This document shows, piece by piece, positions 42,958 to 51,557 of a DNA stretch of 64,000 bases (its first letter is position 1; each line of letters opens with the position of its first letter). This DNA comes from an uncultured Verrucomicrobia subdivision 3 bacterium (lineage in GTDB: Bacteria; Verrucomicrobiota; Verrucomicrobiia; Limisphaerales; UBA11358). Location of the stretch: positions 28,444 through 92,443 of the forward strand of contig CAINLR010000083.1 in NCBI GenBank assembly GCA_903850425.1, given 5' to 3'. The notes beneath the pieces are model-generated. The model saw nothing but the letters and a program-made list of their open reading frames with translations. It was not told where the DNA came from and did not search any database. The position numbers and the translations under genes were made by a program.

Positions 42958-43512
42958 TTATCTTTGGGTCGCCATTTTTCCCATGATTGGCGCACAGGCT
43001 TTTGCAAAGTCCAGAAGTTGTTGTGAAACCTCATCAAGAAACTCGTCATCCTTGTGCATTCGCCACAGCACCTTAGGCTCACGCCAATCAGCAGCAGGCG
43101 AGTGCATTTCCACCATCGCCTCCCACCATGCCATTGAACGGGCGGATGGAAAGCGCTCCTGAACAGCGGCCAATAATTCCGGGTAAAACTCTCTTTTCCT
43201 GATCATATCCTCGTCCCGCCACAACCCAAAAACCATCTTCTGGCCATATTTTACGCACTCCAAACTGACGGAATACCCTTCCGGCCAACTTGGTTTCCAC
43301 ACGAAGAATTTACCATATGCATCAGTGAAAAAAGTGTTATAAGGCTCAAGCTGCCACCCCTTTAATTTCTTACCCATTTCCGCACCTAGCCTATCCAGGA
43401 AGGCTGAGACAATTTGTCCTCTAACTATCGGCCACGCCTCGCCGACGGCGCCGGCGATACCTAGGTTGCGCTCATTCTTTAGGATGTAATCGTGAATGGA
43501 TTCACTTTTCAT
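42958..43512 (-). CDS. Hypothetical protein, probable partner or C-terminal domain of the upstream PD-(D/E)XK nuclease
   Basis: Overlaps the upstream gene's stop; aromatic-rich W.P.W and WWE motifs; no catalytic motif seen. Confidence 0.55.
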   Translation of the reverse strand: MKSESIHDYILKNERNLGIAGAVGEAWPIVRGQIVSAFLDRLGAEMGKKLKGWQLEPYNTFFTDAYGKFFVWKPSWPEGYSVSLECVKYGQKMVFGLWRDEDMIRKREFYPELLAAVQERFPSARSMAWWEAMVEMHSPAADWREPKVLWRMHKDDEFLDEVSQQLLDFAKACAPIMGKMATQR

Positions 43513-44332
43513 AATCTTTAGTCTCCGAGCTGTAAATTGGTTCGCGCTGATATTCGGCTTCGATATACGCCATGAGGTCGGACAGGAAAGCGTTAATCCT
43601 TTGCGCAGCGCACTGTTGGCGGCAACTATCTAGCCACTGCCGCAGTTCGTCATGGTAGCTCCAACAGTGCAGCTTGCCACTGGCCGTGAGCGTTGCTATT
43701 TCCGACTGACTGACGGACTCCGGCGGTCGGCCATTCGGTGACAAGTAAATCAATGCCGCCTGGATGGAACCGCTTCGCGTGCAATGGTGAAGGTGTTCCA
43801 AATAATCTTTCACCTGATCCAGTTGTTCGGCGGAATCAATTTTGTTTTCGATGGCCAGCACCGTCCCGGCCTCGACCAAAATGTCCATGCGGCGGCGGCT
43901 ATTGAGGATTCTGTCCGTCGAAGCCTCACGCCGCACGCTGGCGTGCCGGGTTTGCTGCCCGGTCGCCTCCAGACCCAGTTGAATCAACATCAGGCGCAGG
44001 AACAAGTTGCCCTGACCGTGGGTGCCCTTCGGGTTGAGCAAGAAGGCCAGCACGTCAGACAGCCGGTTTTCGTCCGGCTCGATGAAATGAAAGACGTTGA
44101 AGCCGCTGGCCAGCTTTTTGTCGAGGCGGAGCCGTGACTTTTCAGACGCGGCGAGGCTGTGGCCGACGACACGGAAAAAGCTATCCAGTTGAATCCGGTT
44201 GACAGCATCGGCGGGGGCTTGCTCAACTCGATCCAGGCGGGAGCTGACATCGGCGAAGAACTGTTCCAGCGCGGCCCGGTTCACGGTTTGGGGCGGCGAG
44301 CCACGAGTGACTTTGCCGTTGGTGGTCCTCAA
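43502..44332 (-). CDS. PD-(D/E)XK nuclease (PDDEXK_4-like)
   Basis: ENRLSDVLAFLLNP.GTHGQG.LFL..., RRMDILV...IENKI.S.EQ.DQ..DY. Start probably TTG 44332, overlapping the DUF1643 stop. Confidence 0.82.
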   Translation of the reverse strand: MRTTNGKVTRGSPPQTVNRAALEQFFADVSSRLDRVEQAPADAVNRIQLDSFFRVVGHSLAASEKSRLRLDKKLASGFNVFHFIEPDENRLSDVLAFLLNPKGTHGQGNLFLRLMLIQLGLEATGQQTRHASVRREASTDRILNSRRRMDILVEAGTVLAIENKIDSAEQLDQVKDYLEHLHHCTRSGSIQAALIYLSPNGRPPESVSQSEIATLTASGKLHCWSYHDELRQWLDSCRQQCAAQRINAFLSDLMAYIEAEYQREPIYSSETKDYEK

Positions 44333-44883
44333 CGCCGTGCTCCTTTGTAGGGTTTCGGAAGAAGGTCGCCCGGTAGGTAGAGCGGGTGAACTGGCGTGAT
44401 GCCGTCTTTGGCTAATCTCAGGCAGCACAGCCCACCGTGATGATGTAGTGCGTTGGCAACGGCTTGGCCGCGCTCTTTCAGTTGTTTCGGGGGTGCGCCA
44501 TAAGCAAGCACAACGGTTTTGGCTCGACGCGCCATGCTCTCAATAGATTTGTCATTCTCTGGCCCGACGGGGTCATCAACGCCCAGTAGTCTGGTTTTGT
44601 CCGTGGCGCGGTAGGCGTGGACATTCCCGATCAGTTGGCCGCCGTAGCCCCAGGCGCGGGCAAAATTTCCGGTTTTACGCAACGTGGGATCACTGTAATC
44701 CAAACAGGCCACGCTGGGATTCATGAGAATCCACAGGACCAGCGGCTTGCTCTGATCCCAAATCTCGGCCAACTCGTAACGGTATTGGCCGCATTCTGAA
44801 AATCGGGCTGTGACGACGGAATCGGCGGGCCAAGCGGGGCGAGATTTACCACCAGGATCGTGTTTCGCGCTGGATGTGCTCAT
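44329..44883 (-). CDS. DUF1643 family protein
   Basis: A.FS.CG.YRY.L...W, LMNPS.A....DPT.RK...FAR.WGYG.....N..AYRATD, HPLYLP. An upstream in-frame ATG at 44982 adds a degenerate hsdS-tail sequence. Confidence 0.88.
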   Translation of the reverse strand: MSTSSAKHDPGGKSRPAWPADSVVTARFSECGQYRYELAEIWDQSKPLVLWILMNPSVACLDYSDPTLRKTGNFARAWGYGGQLIGNVHAYRATDKTRLLGVDDPVGPENDKSIESMARRAKTVVLAYGAPPKQLKERGQAVANALHHHGGLCCLRLAKDGITPVHPLYLPGDLLPKPYKGARR

Positions 44884-44920
44884 GGATTGGTGCATTGGGG
44901 TCTGGCCGACCGCGTCCATG

Positions 44921-44970
44921 CCCGCCAGCAATTCCTGCATGAAGCCCGGCGTGCGGGTGTGCGGCTTGGC
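44921..44970 (-). repeat. Degenerate 4th copy of the hsdS 3' end
   Basis: Reads RAAKPHTRTPGFMQELLAG versus HsdS RRAKTRALKQGMMQELLTG; includes the identical 15-mer ATGCAGGAATTGCTG. Confidence 0.65.
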
Positions 44971-44978
44971 GGCTCTGC

Positions 44979-46370
44979 TCATACGGTTTTGCTCCGGCTT
45001 GCGATTACCTTCAGCCTGGTTTTCCCCACAACGGTCAGGCGATATTGCTGGAGACGGCTGCTGGGTTTTTCCGGCAAGGTCATTTCAACCAAGCCTCCTT
45101 CGAGGGCCGGACGCAGATAGTTGGCCCGGAATGTTGGACGGTGTTTCAGCCCCAGCCGCTTCTGAATTTCGGACGGGGCCAATGACCGACCACCCACCAC
45201 GATGATCAGCATCTCGACTGGGTCGGCGACTGGGTCGGCGACTGGGTCGGTTGGCGTGCCCTTCGGGACCGCCGGATAGGCGAACTCCACCCACAGCCCG
45301 GCTGGCTCGTAGCGCAGCACGGGCACTGGCGTCCCGGCGGCGCGACACGCCTCCATGATCCGTTCGATCCCGCGTCCCCATGACTCGATCATGCCCGCCC
45401 GGAAGAAGGCGTTGGCCACATCGGGGTTGAACGGGTGCGAAGGATGTTTGCCCTTCAATTTGGCCACGGTCCAGGCAGGCGGCAGCTCCCCCGGATTCCA
45501 CAGCATCAGCTTGTCCGCATAGACGCTGATCTGGATGGGTGCCCCGGCGGAATAATCCTTGTGGATGACGGCGTTGAGCAGCGCCTCGCGCAGCGCGGCC
45601 TCGGGCACCGGGAACGTCTCAAACCGCTGGAGTCCCTGATAGGTCAACCCCGCCTTGAGATACTTCGTCAGCAGCAGGTCCATCGTCTTTTCCACCTGCG
45701 CGAAGAGGTCGCCATGAATCTCGTCGTGATACAGCAAATCCGTGTTCGTGCGGAAGAAGCCAATCTTCACAAACGCCGCCGTGACGAACCGCTCGGGATC
45801 GGGATGAAACAGCAGCACCGCCGCGCGCTTGAGGTGGGCGGCATCCCGCAGCCGCAGCTTTTCAATCAGGCCGGGCGCGGATTCCCGGAGGATCGCGGAA
45901 TCCAGCCGCTGACTCTGCCGCGCCAGTTTGCGGAAGCGGTCAATGGCCGCTTTGGACAAATCCTTGACCGCCACCTGTGGCACCGGCACGCCGTCCCAGT
46001 GCTTGCCCTGTTTGCGCAGGAGAAACTTGTCCAGCGCCGCGCCCTTCAACTCCTGCTTGGTGCTGCCGCTGCGGAGATGATACTCGCCCTTGTAGCTCAC
46101 GGGATACGGATAAGGCTCCACCACGATTTCCAGATATTCCTTGCCGGCTTCCTCGCGCAAGTTCACGCCCACCATGATGCCGAGAATGTCTCGCACCTTG
46201 TTGGGAATATCTTCCATGAGCCGCGCCGAGTCCGGCACGCCGACGACCACGCCCCGGTCGTTCCGGCCAATGTGCAGGACGCCGCCCTCGGCATTGGCAA
46301 AGCCGCAAATCCAGCGCAGATACTCGTCGCGCCACGACTCCTTCCACTCGATCTGTTGGTTCTCTTTCAT
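44979..46370 (-). CDS. Schlafen/AlbA_2 DNA-binding domain + HATPase_c_4 + C-terminal wHTH protein
   Basis: ENQQIEWKESW...ICGFANAEGG.L.IG.ND.G.VVG; ALREALLNAV.HKDY; NP.VANAF...G.IE.WG.G; C-terminal PS...Q.YRLT. Confidence 0.88.
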   Translation of the reverse strand: MKENQQIEWKESWRDEYLRWICGFANAEGGVLHIGRNDRGVVVGVPDSARLMEDIPNKVRDILGIMVGVNLREEAGKEYLEIVVEPYPYPVSYKGEYHLRSGSTKQELKGAALDKFLLRKQGKHWDGVPVPQVAVKDLSKAAIDRFRKLARQSQRLDSAILRESAPGLIEKLRLRDAAHLKRAAVLLFHPDPERFVTAAFVKIGFFRTNTDLLYHDEIHGDLFAQVEKTMDLLLTKYLKAGLTYQGLQRFETFPVPEAALREALLNAVIHKDYSAGAPIQISVYADKLMLWNPGELPPAWTVAKLKGKHPSHPFNPDVANAFFRAGMIESWGRGIERIMEACRAAGTPVPVLRYEPAGLWVEFAYPAVPKGTPTDPVADPVADPVEMLIIVVGGRSLAPSEIQKRLGLKHRPTFRANYLRPALEGGLVEMTLPEKPSSRLQQYRLTVVGKTRLKVIASRSKTV

Positions 46371-46402
46371 ACGAGGCGGGTTCGCCCGGTCAGCAATTCC
46401 TG
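46367..46402 (-). repeat. 3rd copy of the hsdS 3' end (QELLTGRTRLV*)
   Basis: CAGGAATTGCTGACCGGGCGAACCCGCCTCGTATGA; its TGA overlaps the ATG of the AlbA_2 gene. Confidence 0.88.
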
Positions 46403-47113
46403 TTATTTCACCGGCGACCTAAAGGCAAGTGCCACGAGTATCTTCACATTGTTCGATTGCGGCACCGGTAACAATGGCACCACAGCATCAATATATGGGT
46501 TTACGAAACCCGCGAAATGGTCGGCAATCTCGTTTTTGAACAACTCCTCATGGCGATATATCCGTTTTCTCTGCTTCAGATATTCGTGGATTTTTTCATA
46601 CTGGTTCTCGATTTCATAGTCCACGTCATCTTCCAAATCATCCTCGTAGGTTTGATAGACGACGGACCGTGCGTGCGCTATTCCGTTGCGAAAATTAAAA
46701 AGAAGCCTTACACCGTCAATCAACGGTTTGTTATCTAACGCTTCTTCAAGTGGCCTTCCAAGCGTCAAAGTAAACAATTCAGGAAAATCTTTGAATGTCG
46801 CCCTTGAAACCTTTTTAAGAAAAGCGTGGTCTAATCTGCCCTCGAACGTGTCGTGAGGGGCAAATCTACTTCCAATGATAAATGAATTGAGGCACTCCAC
46901 TAGAAAACCTTCAAGACATGCAGCGGAAAGCAGAACTATGGTTGCGTTGATGCCGCGATTTCTTTCATGGAACTCGATCCGTTCGGCCTGAGTTTTTACC
47001 TTGTTGCGATCCTGTTGCAACCATTTGACCATTGAAGGAAAGGTCGTCCAAATGGCTGTCTCGTTATAAGAGGTTACTTTCTTATGTGAGGCGTCTGGCT
47101 TTTTTGCGGTCAT
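46403..47113 (-). CDS. HEPN-like protein (putative RNase toxin/defence effector), AT-rich
   Basis: Helical A.I.L.SAA.LEGF... region and an R-x4-H motif (FRNGIAH). Confidence 0.6.
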   Translation of the reverse strand: MTAKKPDASHKKVTSYNETAIWTTFPSMVKWLQQDRNKVKTQAERIEFHERNRGINATIVLLSAACLEGFLVECLNSFIIGSRFAPHDTFEGRLDHAFLKKVSRATFKDFPELFTLTLGRPLEEALDNKPLIDGVRLLFNFRNGIAHARSVVYQTYEDDLEDDVDYEIENQYEKIHEYLKQRKRIYRHEELFKNEIADHFAGFVNPYIDAVVPLLPVPQSNNVKILVALAFRSPVK

Positions 47114-47116
47114 AAT

Positions 47117-47221
47117 TTAGATCAACCGTGTTCTTCCAGTCAGCAATTCCTGCATCATGCTCTGCTTGAGGGCGCGGGTCTTGGCGCGGCGCTGCTCCAA
47201 CGCCGCCAGCTCCATCCCCAT
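47117..47221 (-). CDS. 34-aa mini-ORF formed by the 2nd copy of the hsdS 3' end (MGMELAALEQRRAKTRALKQSMMQELLTGRTRLI)
   Basis: 47139-47213 is 74/75 identical to 47963-48037 in hsdS. ATG at 47221/47215; stop 3 nt before the HEPN ATG. Confidence 0.6.
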   Translation of the reverse strand: MGMELAALEQRRAKTRALKQSMMQELLTGRTRLI

Positions 47222-47269
47222 ATACAAACTTTGTTTTGTTTTAGAATAAAAGATGTGCATGGCAAGTAA

Positions 47270-47944
47270 TCATAAATGCGAAAGTTTGTTTCGATAGGCG
47301 TCCAAGTTGGGGATTTTTGCTGGAGTATGCTTTTGCAAATTCTCTAACGTGGTCAGCACGAAAAGCACAACAAAATGGGTGTCTAAATCGTTCGTTGTCT
47401 GATTTAGTTCGCCAGTCGTTGCCAGCATGGCTCCGTGGGTAAAATTGCAATATGTCCGATAAACTACTTCATAAAGCGGTAACATCTTCGCTTCTATGGC
47501 TGCATCTCGGGTAGTTACCTTCTTCTCCTGAAACGGGTAATTTGGATCAAAACTTAGAAATAACTGCCTGTAATCGCTAAGAGCTTTAGCTACGTCCGCT
47601 GGCATTGTTGGTTGGAGGCGGGGAAGTTTCTTCTCCTCCATCAATTCCGAGTAAAGTTTGCGGAACAGGAATCCTTGCTTTTGCATCACGGCACAGGCCG
47701 AGAGCAGCGCTTCCAAGATCGGGCGCACTAAAAGCTTCGAAGCCTCGATCATCTTCGATCGTCGCAGGACTATGAAACCGCCAGCCGCCTGGTTTACCGA
47801 GACAGCGGCCCACACCAAATACCTAGCCTCAAGGGTTTTTACGGATTTGATTTCAACAGAATTGATTGCGTCCGAGAGGATGCTTTGAAGCTCGCATAGC
47901 AATTCCAAAAATTTCATTTCCTTCGAGGAGTTTATTGTGCTCAT
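47270..47944 (-). CDS. Hypothetical AT-rich protein, DUF5677-like
   Basis: A..L.R...E and Y..VY...C..THG patterns; ATG overlaps the hsdS stop (ATGA). Confidence 0.5.
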   Translation of the reverse strand: MSTINSSKEMKFLELLCELQSILSDAINSVEIKSVKTLEARYLVWAAVSVNQAAGGFIVLRRSKMIEASKLLVRPILEALLSACAVMQKQGFLFRKLYSELMEEKKLPRLQPTMPADVAKALSDYRQLFLSFDPNYPFQEKKVTTRDAAIEAKMLPLYEVVYRTYCNFTHGAMLATTGELNQTTNDLDTHFVVLFVLTTLENLQKHTPAKIPNLDAYRNKLSHL

Positions 47945-49098
47945 ACCAGTCTGATCCTCCCGGTCAGCAATTCCTGCATCATGCCCTGCTTGAGGGCGCG
48001 GGTCTTGGCGCGGCGCTGCTCCAACGCCGCCAGCTCCGCGTCCATGTCCGTCAGCACCTCGGCGATGGCGGTTTGTTCGGCGATGGTAGCCCAGCTAATC
48101 TTGAGAGGCATTAAATCAACGGCGTGAATATGCGGCTGCGCTCCGCCAGTTTGAGCCTTGTAAATCTTTTCTTGGTTTAGCAGAAGCTGGAAATAAACAA
48201 ACTCGACGGAGTAACCGCTACCCTCGCTGATCGTTGAGCAATCCGAAGCGAAGATGGGTGTATCAAAGAACGCTACATAACCTGCGCTCGCACCAGACGC
48301 ACTCACCGTGATCGTCTTTCCAGTGCGATTCGGCTTATTGTGGAAGTAGGCCGGTTTCATACCGCCAGCAATTACAGGAACAGGCCCGTCAATCGCGTCC
48401 TTTTCTGTGATGAGCTGTCCTTTCGTGATCTTAACCACGTCGCCCAGCCGCTTCGACTCCCACTCGCCGTGGAAGCCGGGGAGGCGGGTTTGGCCGGTGA
48501 GGAGCTGCTGCATGGCGGCCTGTTTGAGGTCGCGCTTCTTGGCGATGAGCTGGTCCAGCGCGCCGAGCAGCGCATCCACATCGCTCAACGCCCCCGCGAT
48601 GGCGCGTTGTTCTGGAAGCGGCGGCAATGGAAGTTCCAGCGCCTTGAAGAAAGGAAGCCCAATCGTCTTTATCGTATTACCGACCCCAATGCGCTCGAAC
48701 TCGGTTTTCTGTGACTGAAGCCAGTAATAGAGGAAGTGATTGCTCAAGCGCGGGCCACATTGCCAAGCTATGAAGTGTTGGCTCACCGCCATCACATCTC
48801 CTGTGATCGCGCTTTTTCCGAGTCTTGAGCCATCCCGTGATAAAACCACGGTCCCGGCTGGATATTCGACCGTCGAAGAATTTGCAACCCCAGCCGGTGT
48901 TATGTGTTCCGAAGTATCTGAAATAAAGAGATTATCAAGATCGTCTGAATCCTTCAAAGAGAGCCACTTGATTTGGCCGTTCCAATAATTAGGATTAGCC
49001 TTATCTGGTGTGTGGCCGCTGCCTCGCTTTGCCACGGAGTCCAGTAAAGCAGCATTCCACGCTGGGTGGGCTGCATCCGCGTTCGCCTTATCCCTCAT
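47941..49098 (-). CDS. hsdS: Type I R-M specificity subunit
   Basis: Two TRDs separated by PLPPLPEQRAIA..LSDVDALL..LDQLIAKKRDLKQAAMQQLLTG; C-terminal EQTAIAEVL.DMD.EL..LE....K...LKQGMMQELLTG. ATGA overlap with hsdM. Confidence 0.95.
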   Translation of the reverse strand: MRDKANADAAHPAWNAALLDSVAKRGSGHTPDKANPNYWNGQIKWLSLKDSDDLDNLFISDTSEHITPAGVANSSTVEYPAGTVVLSRDGSRLGKSAITGDVMAVSQHFIAWQCGPRLSNHFLYYWLQSQKTEFERIGVGNTIKTIGLPFFKALELPLPPLPEQRAIAGALSDVDALLGALDQLIAKKRDLKQAAMQQLLTGQTRLPGFHGEWESKRLGDVVKITKGQLITEKDAIDGPVPVIAGGMKPAYFHNKPNRTGKTITVSASGASAGYVAFFDTPIFASDCSTISEGSGYSVEFVYFQLLLNQEKIYKAQTGGAQPHIHAVDLMPLKISWATIAEQTAIAEVLTDMDAELAALEQRRAKTRALKQGMMQELLTGRIRLV

Positions 49099-51554
49099 CT
49101 CCATAACGCTCCCATTTTCTTGAGGTGTTCGTCCACGCGGGCGGCGAGCGTCGCCGCTTCGCCGGTGAACTGCGGCAGAGGGGTGGCATAGCGTTCGGCC
49201 AGTTGGCGGATGCGCCCGGTAAGCGTCTGCGACACGCGATCCAGTTCGCCCTGCACGGCGGCGGCAATCGTGGCCAGCCATTTATCATCCACCACGAGCG
49301 TCTTGATGTCGTCCTCGGTCAGCTTGCCATACTGCGCCGCGACCTTGAGCAGCAACGCTTCCTGCGCGTCGTTGACCTTCGCGCTGGTCGCGGCTGCTTT
49401 TTCGGCGAGGGCGAGGTAGTCGTTCAGCACCTTGCGCTCGTCCGCCGCGTCGGCGTCGCCCTTGATGTCTTTCAGCCGCGCCGCGACGGATGCCTTGGTG
49501 AGCTTGTCTTTGTCGTTCTTGGCCGCTTCCAGCAAGGCGTCCTCGCCGCCGTGTTCTTCGGCCATCTCTTCCAATGCCTGCTCGCTGGCTGCAACTTCGG
49601 CTTCCAGTTTCTCAATGGCTGCCTGCTCGGCGGCAAAGTAGCGCGCGATGACCAGCGCGGTCGGGATCAACTCGGCTTTATACTTCATTTTGCCGACGGT
49701 GAAATCGGGCTTCTCCTTCGTTTTCTTTTCCTTGTCCTCGATGATGAGCCGGGGCTTGGCGGCTTCGCGCCAGCCGTCGCTGACGATCATGTAAACGTCG
49801 TCCTGCATGGTTTCGGCCCAGTAGTCCATGAGGTGTTGATACACGTCGTAGGCGTCGAGTAGCCGGGCTTTCTCAAACGTGGCCAGCAAATCTTCGGAGA
49901 GTGTTTCGATGAGCGCCTTGGGCTTGCCGCCTTTGGCTATGCCTTTCAAACGCGGGACGTTGGCGGCTTTCCATTTCGCAAACAGTTTCGTGGCGGACTC
50001 GTTGTAAGCGGTGAACTCGGCATGTCCGAAGATGGCGGCTTTGACTTCGCCGATGGGCACGCGGAGCTGGGTGTAGCCGGGGCGGTCGGCTTTTTTGAAC
50101 AGCGTGGCGCGCACGGCGGGGAACACCTGCCAGAAGTTTTCCAACGCATCAATGTCGCGGTTCGGGATGCCGCCGCGCAGGTGGCCGTCAATGTCCTGCA
50201 AATCCTCCGGCTCGGTGCTGTCAATGTAGCGCGGGAGGTTGAGGTTGAAATCGTTCTTCGCGTCGCTGATTTCCGTGAGCGACACCATGCGCGAGTAGCG
50301 GGGGATTTCCGCCAGCCGCGTGAAGGCGTCCACGATCTTGTGAATGTCCTGCGCGCGGAGGCGGTTCTTGTTGCCGTCTTTGATGAACGCCTTGGAGGCA
50401 TCAACCATGAAGATGCCCTTGCGGGCGCTGGCGTTTTCCTTGTCCAGCACGATGATGCACGCCGGGATGCCCGTGCCGTAAAACAGATTCGCCGGCAGGC
50501 CGATGATGGCCTTGATGTAACCGCGCGACACGATCTCGCGGCGGATGGCCGCCTCCGCGCCGCCCCGGAACAGCACGCCATGCGGCAGAATGACCGCACC
50601 TTTGCCGCTGCTTTTGAGAGAGGCGAGGATGTGCAGCAGGAAAGCGTAGTCGCCATTCTTCTGCGGCGGGATGCCAAAGGCGAAGCGTTTGAACAGGTCG
50701 TTGGCCGGGTCGAAGCCGTTGCTCCACGCCTTGGTGGAAAATGGCGGATTGGCGACGGCGAAATCGAACGTCTTGAGCGCGCCGGTCTTGGCGTCCTTGA
50801 AGTGCGGCGTGGACAGCGTGTTGTCCTGCCAGATTTCCGCCGTGGGGCAATCGTGCAGGATCATGTTCATCCGCGCGAGCGCCTTGGTGGCGTTGTCCAT
50901 TTCCTGCCCGTAAAGCGCGAGGTCGTGGCCGGTCGCGCCCTTGGCTTCGTCGTGCGCCTTGAGCAGCAGCGAGCCGGAGCCGCACGTCGGATCGTAAATG
51001 GTCTGGCCCGCGCTGGTCGCGCTGCCGATGCCGATGACGCGCGCCATGATGCGCGAGACTTCCGCCGGGGTGTAAAACTGGCCTTTGCTCTTGCCGGACT
51101 CGGTGGCGAAGTGCCGCATCAGATATTCGTAGGCGTCGCCCAGCAGGTCGTCGCCCTCGGCGCGATTCTGGCCGAAGTCCAATTCCTGAAAGATGCTGAC
51201 CAGTTTGGTCAACCGCGCCACCATGTCCTGACCCTTGCCGAGCTTGTCGGCGTCGTTGAAGTCGGCCACGTCAATCACACCCTTGAGGTCGTTTGCCTCG
51301 GCGAGCCGGGCGATGATCTTGTTGATCTTGTCGCCAATCTCCTTGTCGCCCTTGAGCGCCACCATGTCCGCAAAACTTCCGCCCGTGGGCACGTCGAGCA
51401 GATAACCCTTCTGGCTCGCGGCCTTGTCCGACACATATTTCATGAACAGCAGGACGAGGACGTAATCCTTGTATTGCGAGGCGTCCATGCCGCCGCGCAG
51501 TTCGTCGCACGATTGCCAGAGGGAGGAATACAATTCTGATTTTTTGATGGGCAT
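49095..51554 (-). CDS. hsdM: Type I R-M methyltransferase subunit (long form)
   Basis: LW.SCDELRGGMDASQYKDY, GQFYTP.EVS, DPTCGSGSLL, ANPPF, GVLFRG. Confidence 0.97.
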   Translation of the reverse strand: MPIKKSELYSSLWQSCDELRGGMDASQYKDYVLVLLFMKYVSDKAASQKGYLLDVPTGGSFADMVALKGDKEIGDKINKIIARLAEANDLKGVIDVADFNDADKLGKGQDMVARLTKLVSIFQELDFGQNRAEGDDLLGDAYEYLMRHFATESGKSKGQFYTPAEVSRIMARVIGIGSATSAGQTIYDPTCGSGSLLLKAHDEAKGATGHDLALYGQEMDNATKALARMNMILHDCPTAEIWQDNTLSTPHFKDAKTGALKTFDFAVANPPFSTKAWSNGFDPANDLFKRFAFGIPPQKNGDYAFLLHILASLKSSGKGAVILPHGVLFRGGAEAAIRREIVSRGYIKAIIGLPANLFYGTGIPACIIVLDKENASARKGIFMVDASKAFIKDGNKNRLRAQDIHKIVDAFTRLAEIPRYSRMVSLTEISDAKNDFNLNLPRYIDSTEPEDLQDIDGHLRGGIPNRDIDALENFWQVFPAVRATLFKKADRPGYTQLRVPIGEVKAAIFGHAEFTAYNESATKLFAKWKAANVPRLKGIAKGGKPKALIETLSEDLLATFEKARLLDAYDVYQHLMDYWAETMQDDVYMIVSDGWREAAKPRLIIEDKEKKTKEKPDFTVGKMKYKAELIPTALVIARYFAAEQAAIEKLEAEVAASEQALEEMAEEHGGEDALLEAAKNDKDKLTKASVAARLKDIKGDADAADERKVLNDYLALAEKAAATSAKVNDAQEALLLKVAAQYGKLTEDDIKTLVVDDKWLATIAAAVQGELDRVSQTLTGRIRQLAERYATPLPQFTGEAATLAARVDEHLKKMGALWR

Positions 51555-51557
51555 GGG

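Noticed and set aside
45215-45250. 3 x 12-bp tandem repeat (PVAD units) in the AlbA_2 gene as a phase-variation switch
   Set aside because: The unit length is a multiple of 3 and lies in a linker; such short repeats are common in this protein family.
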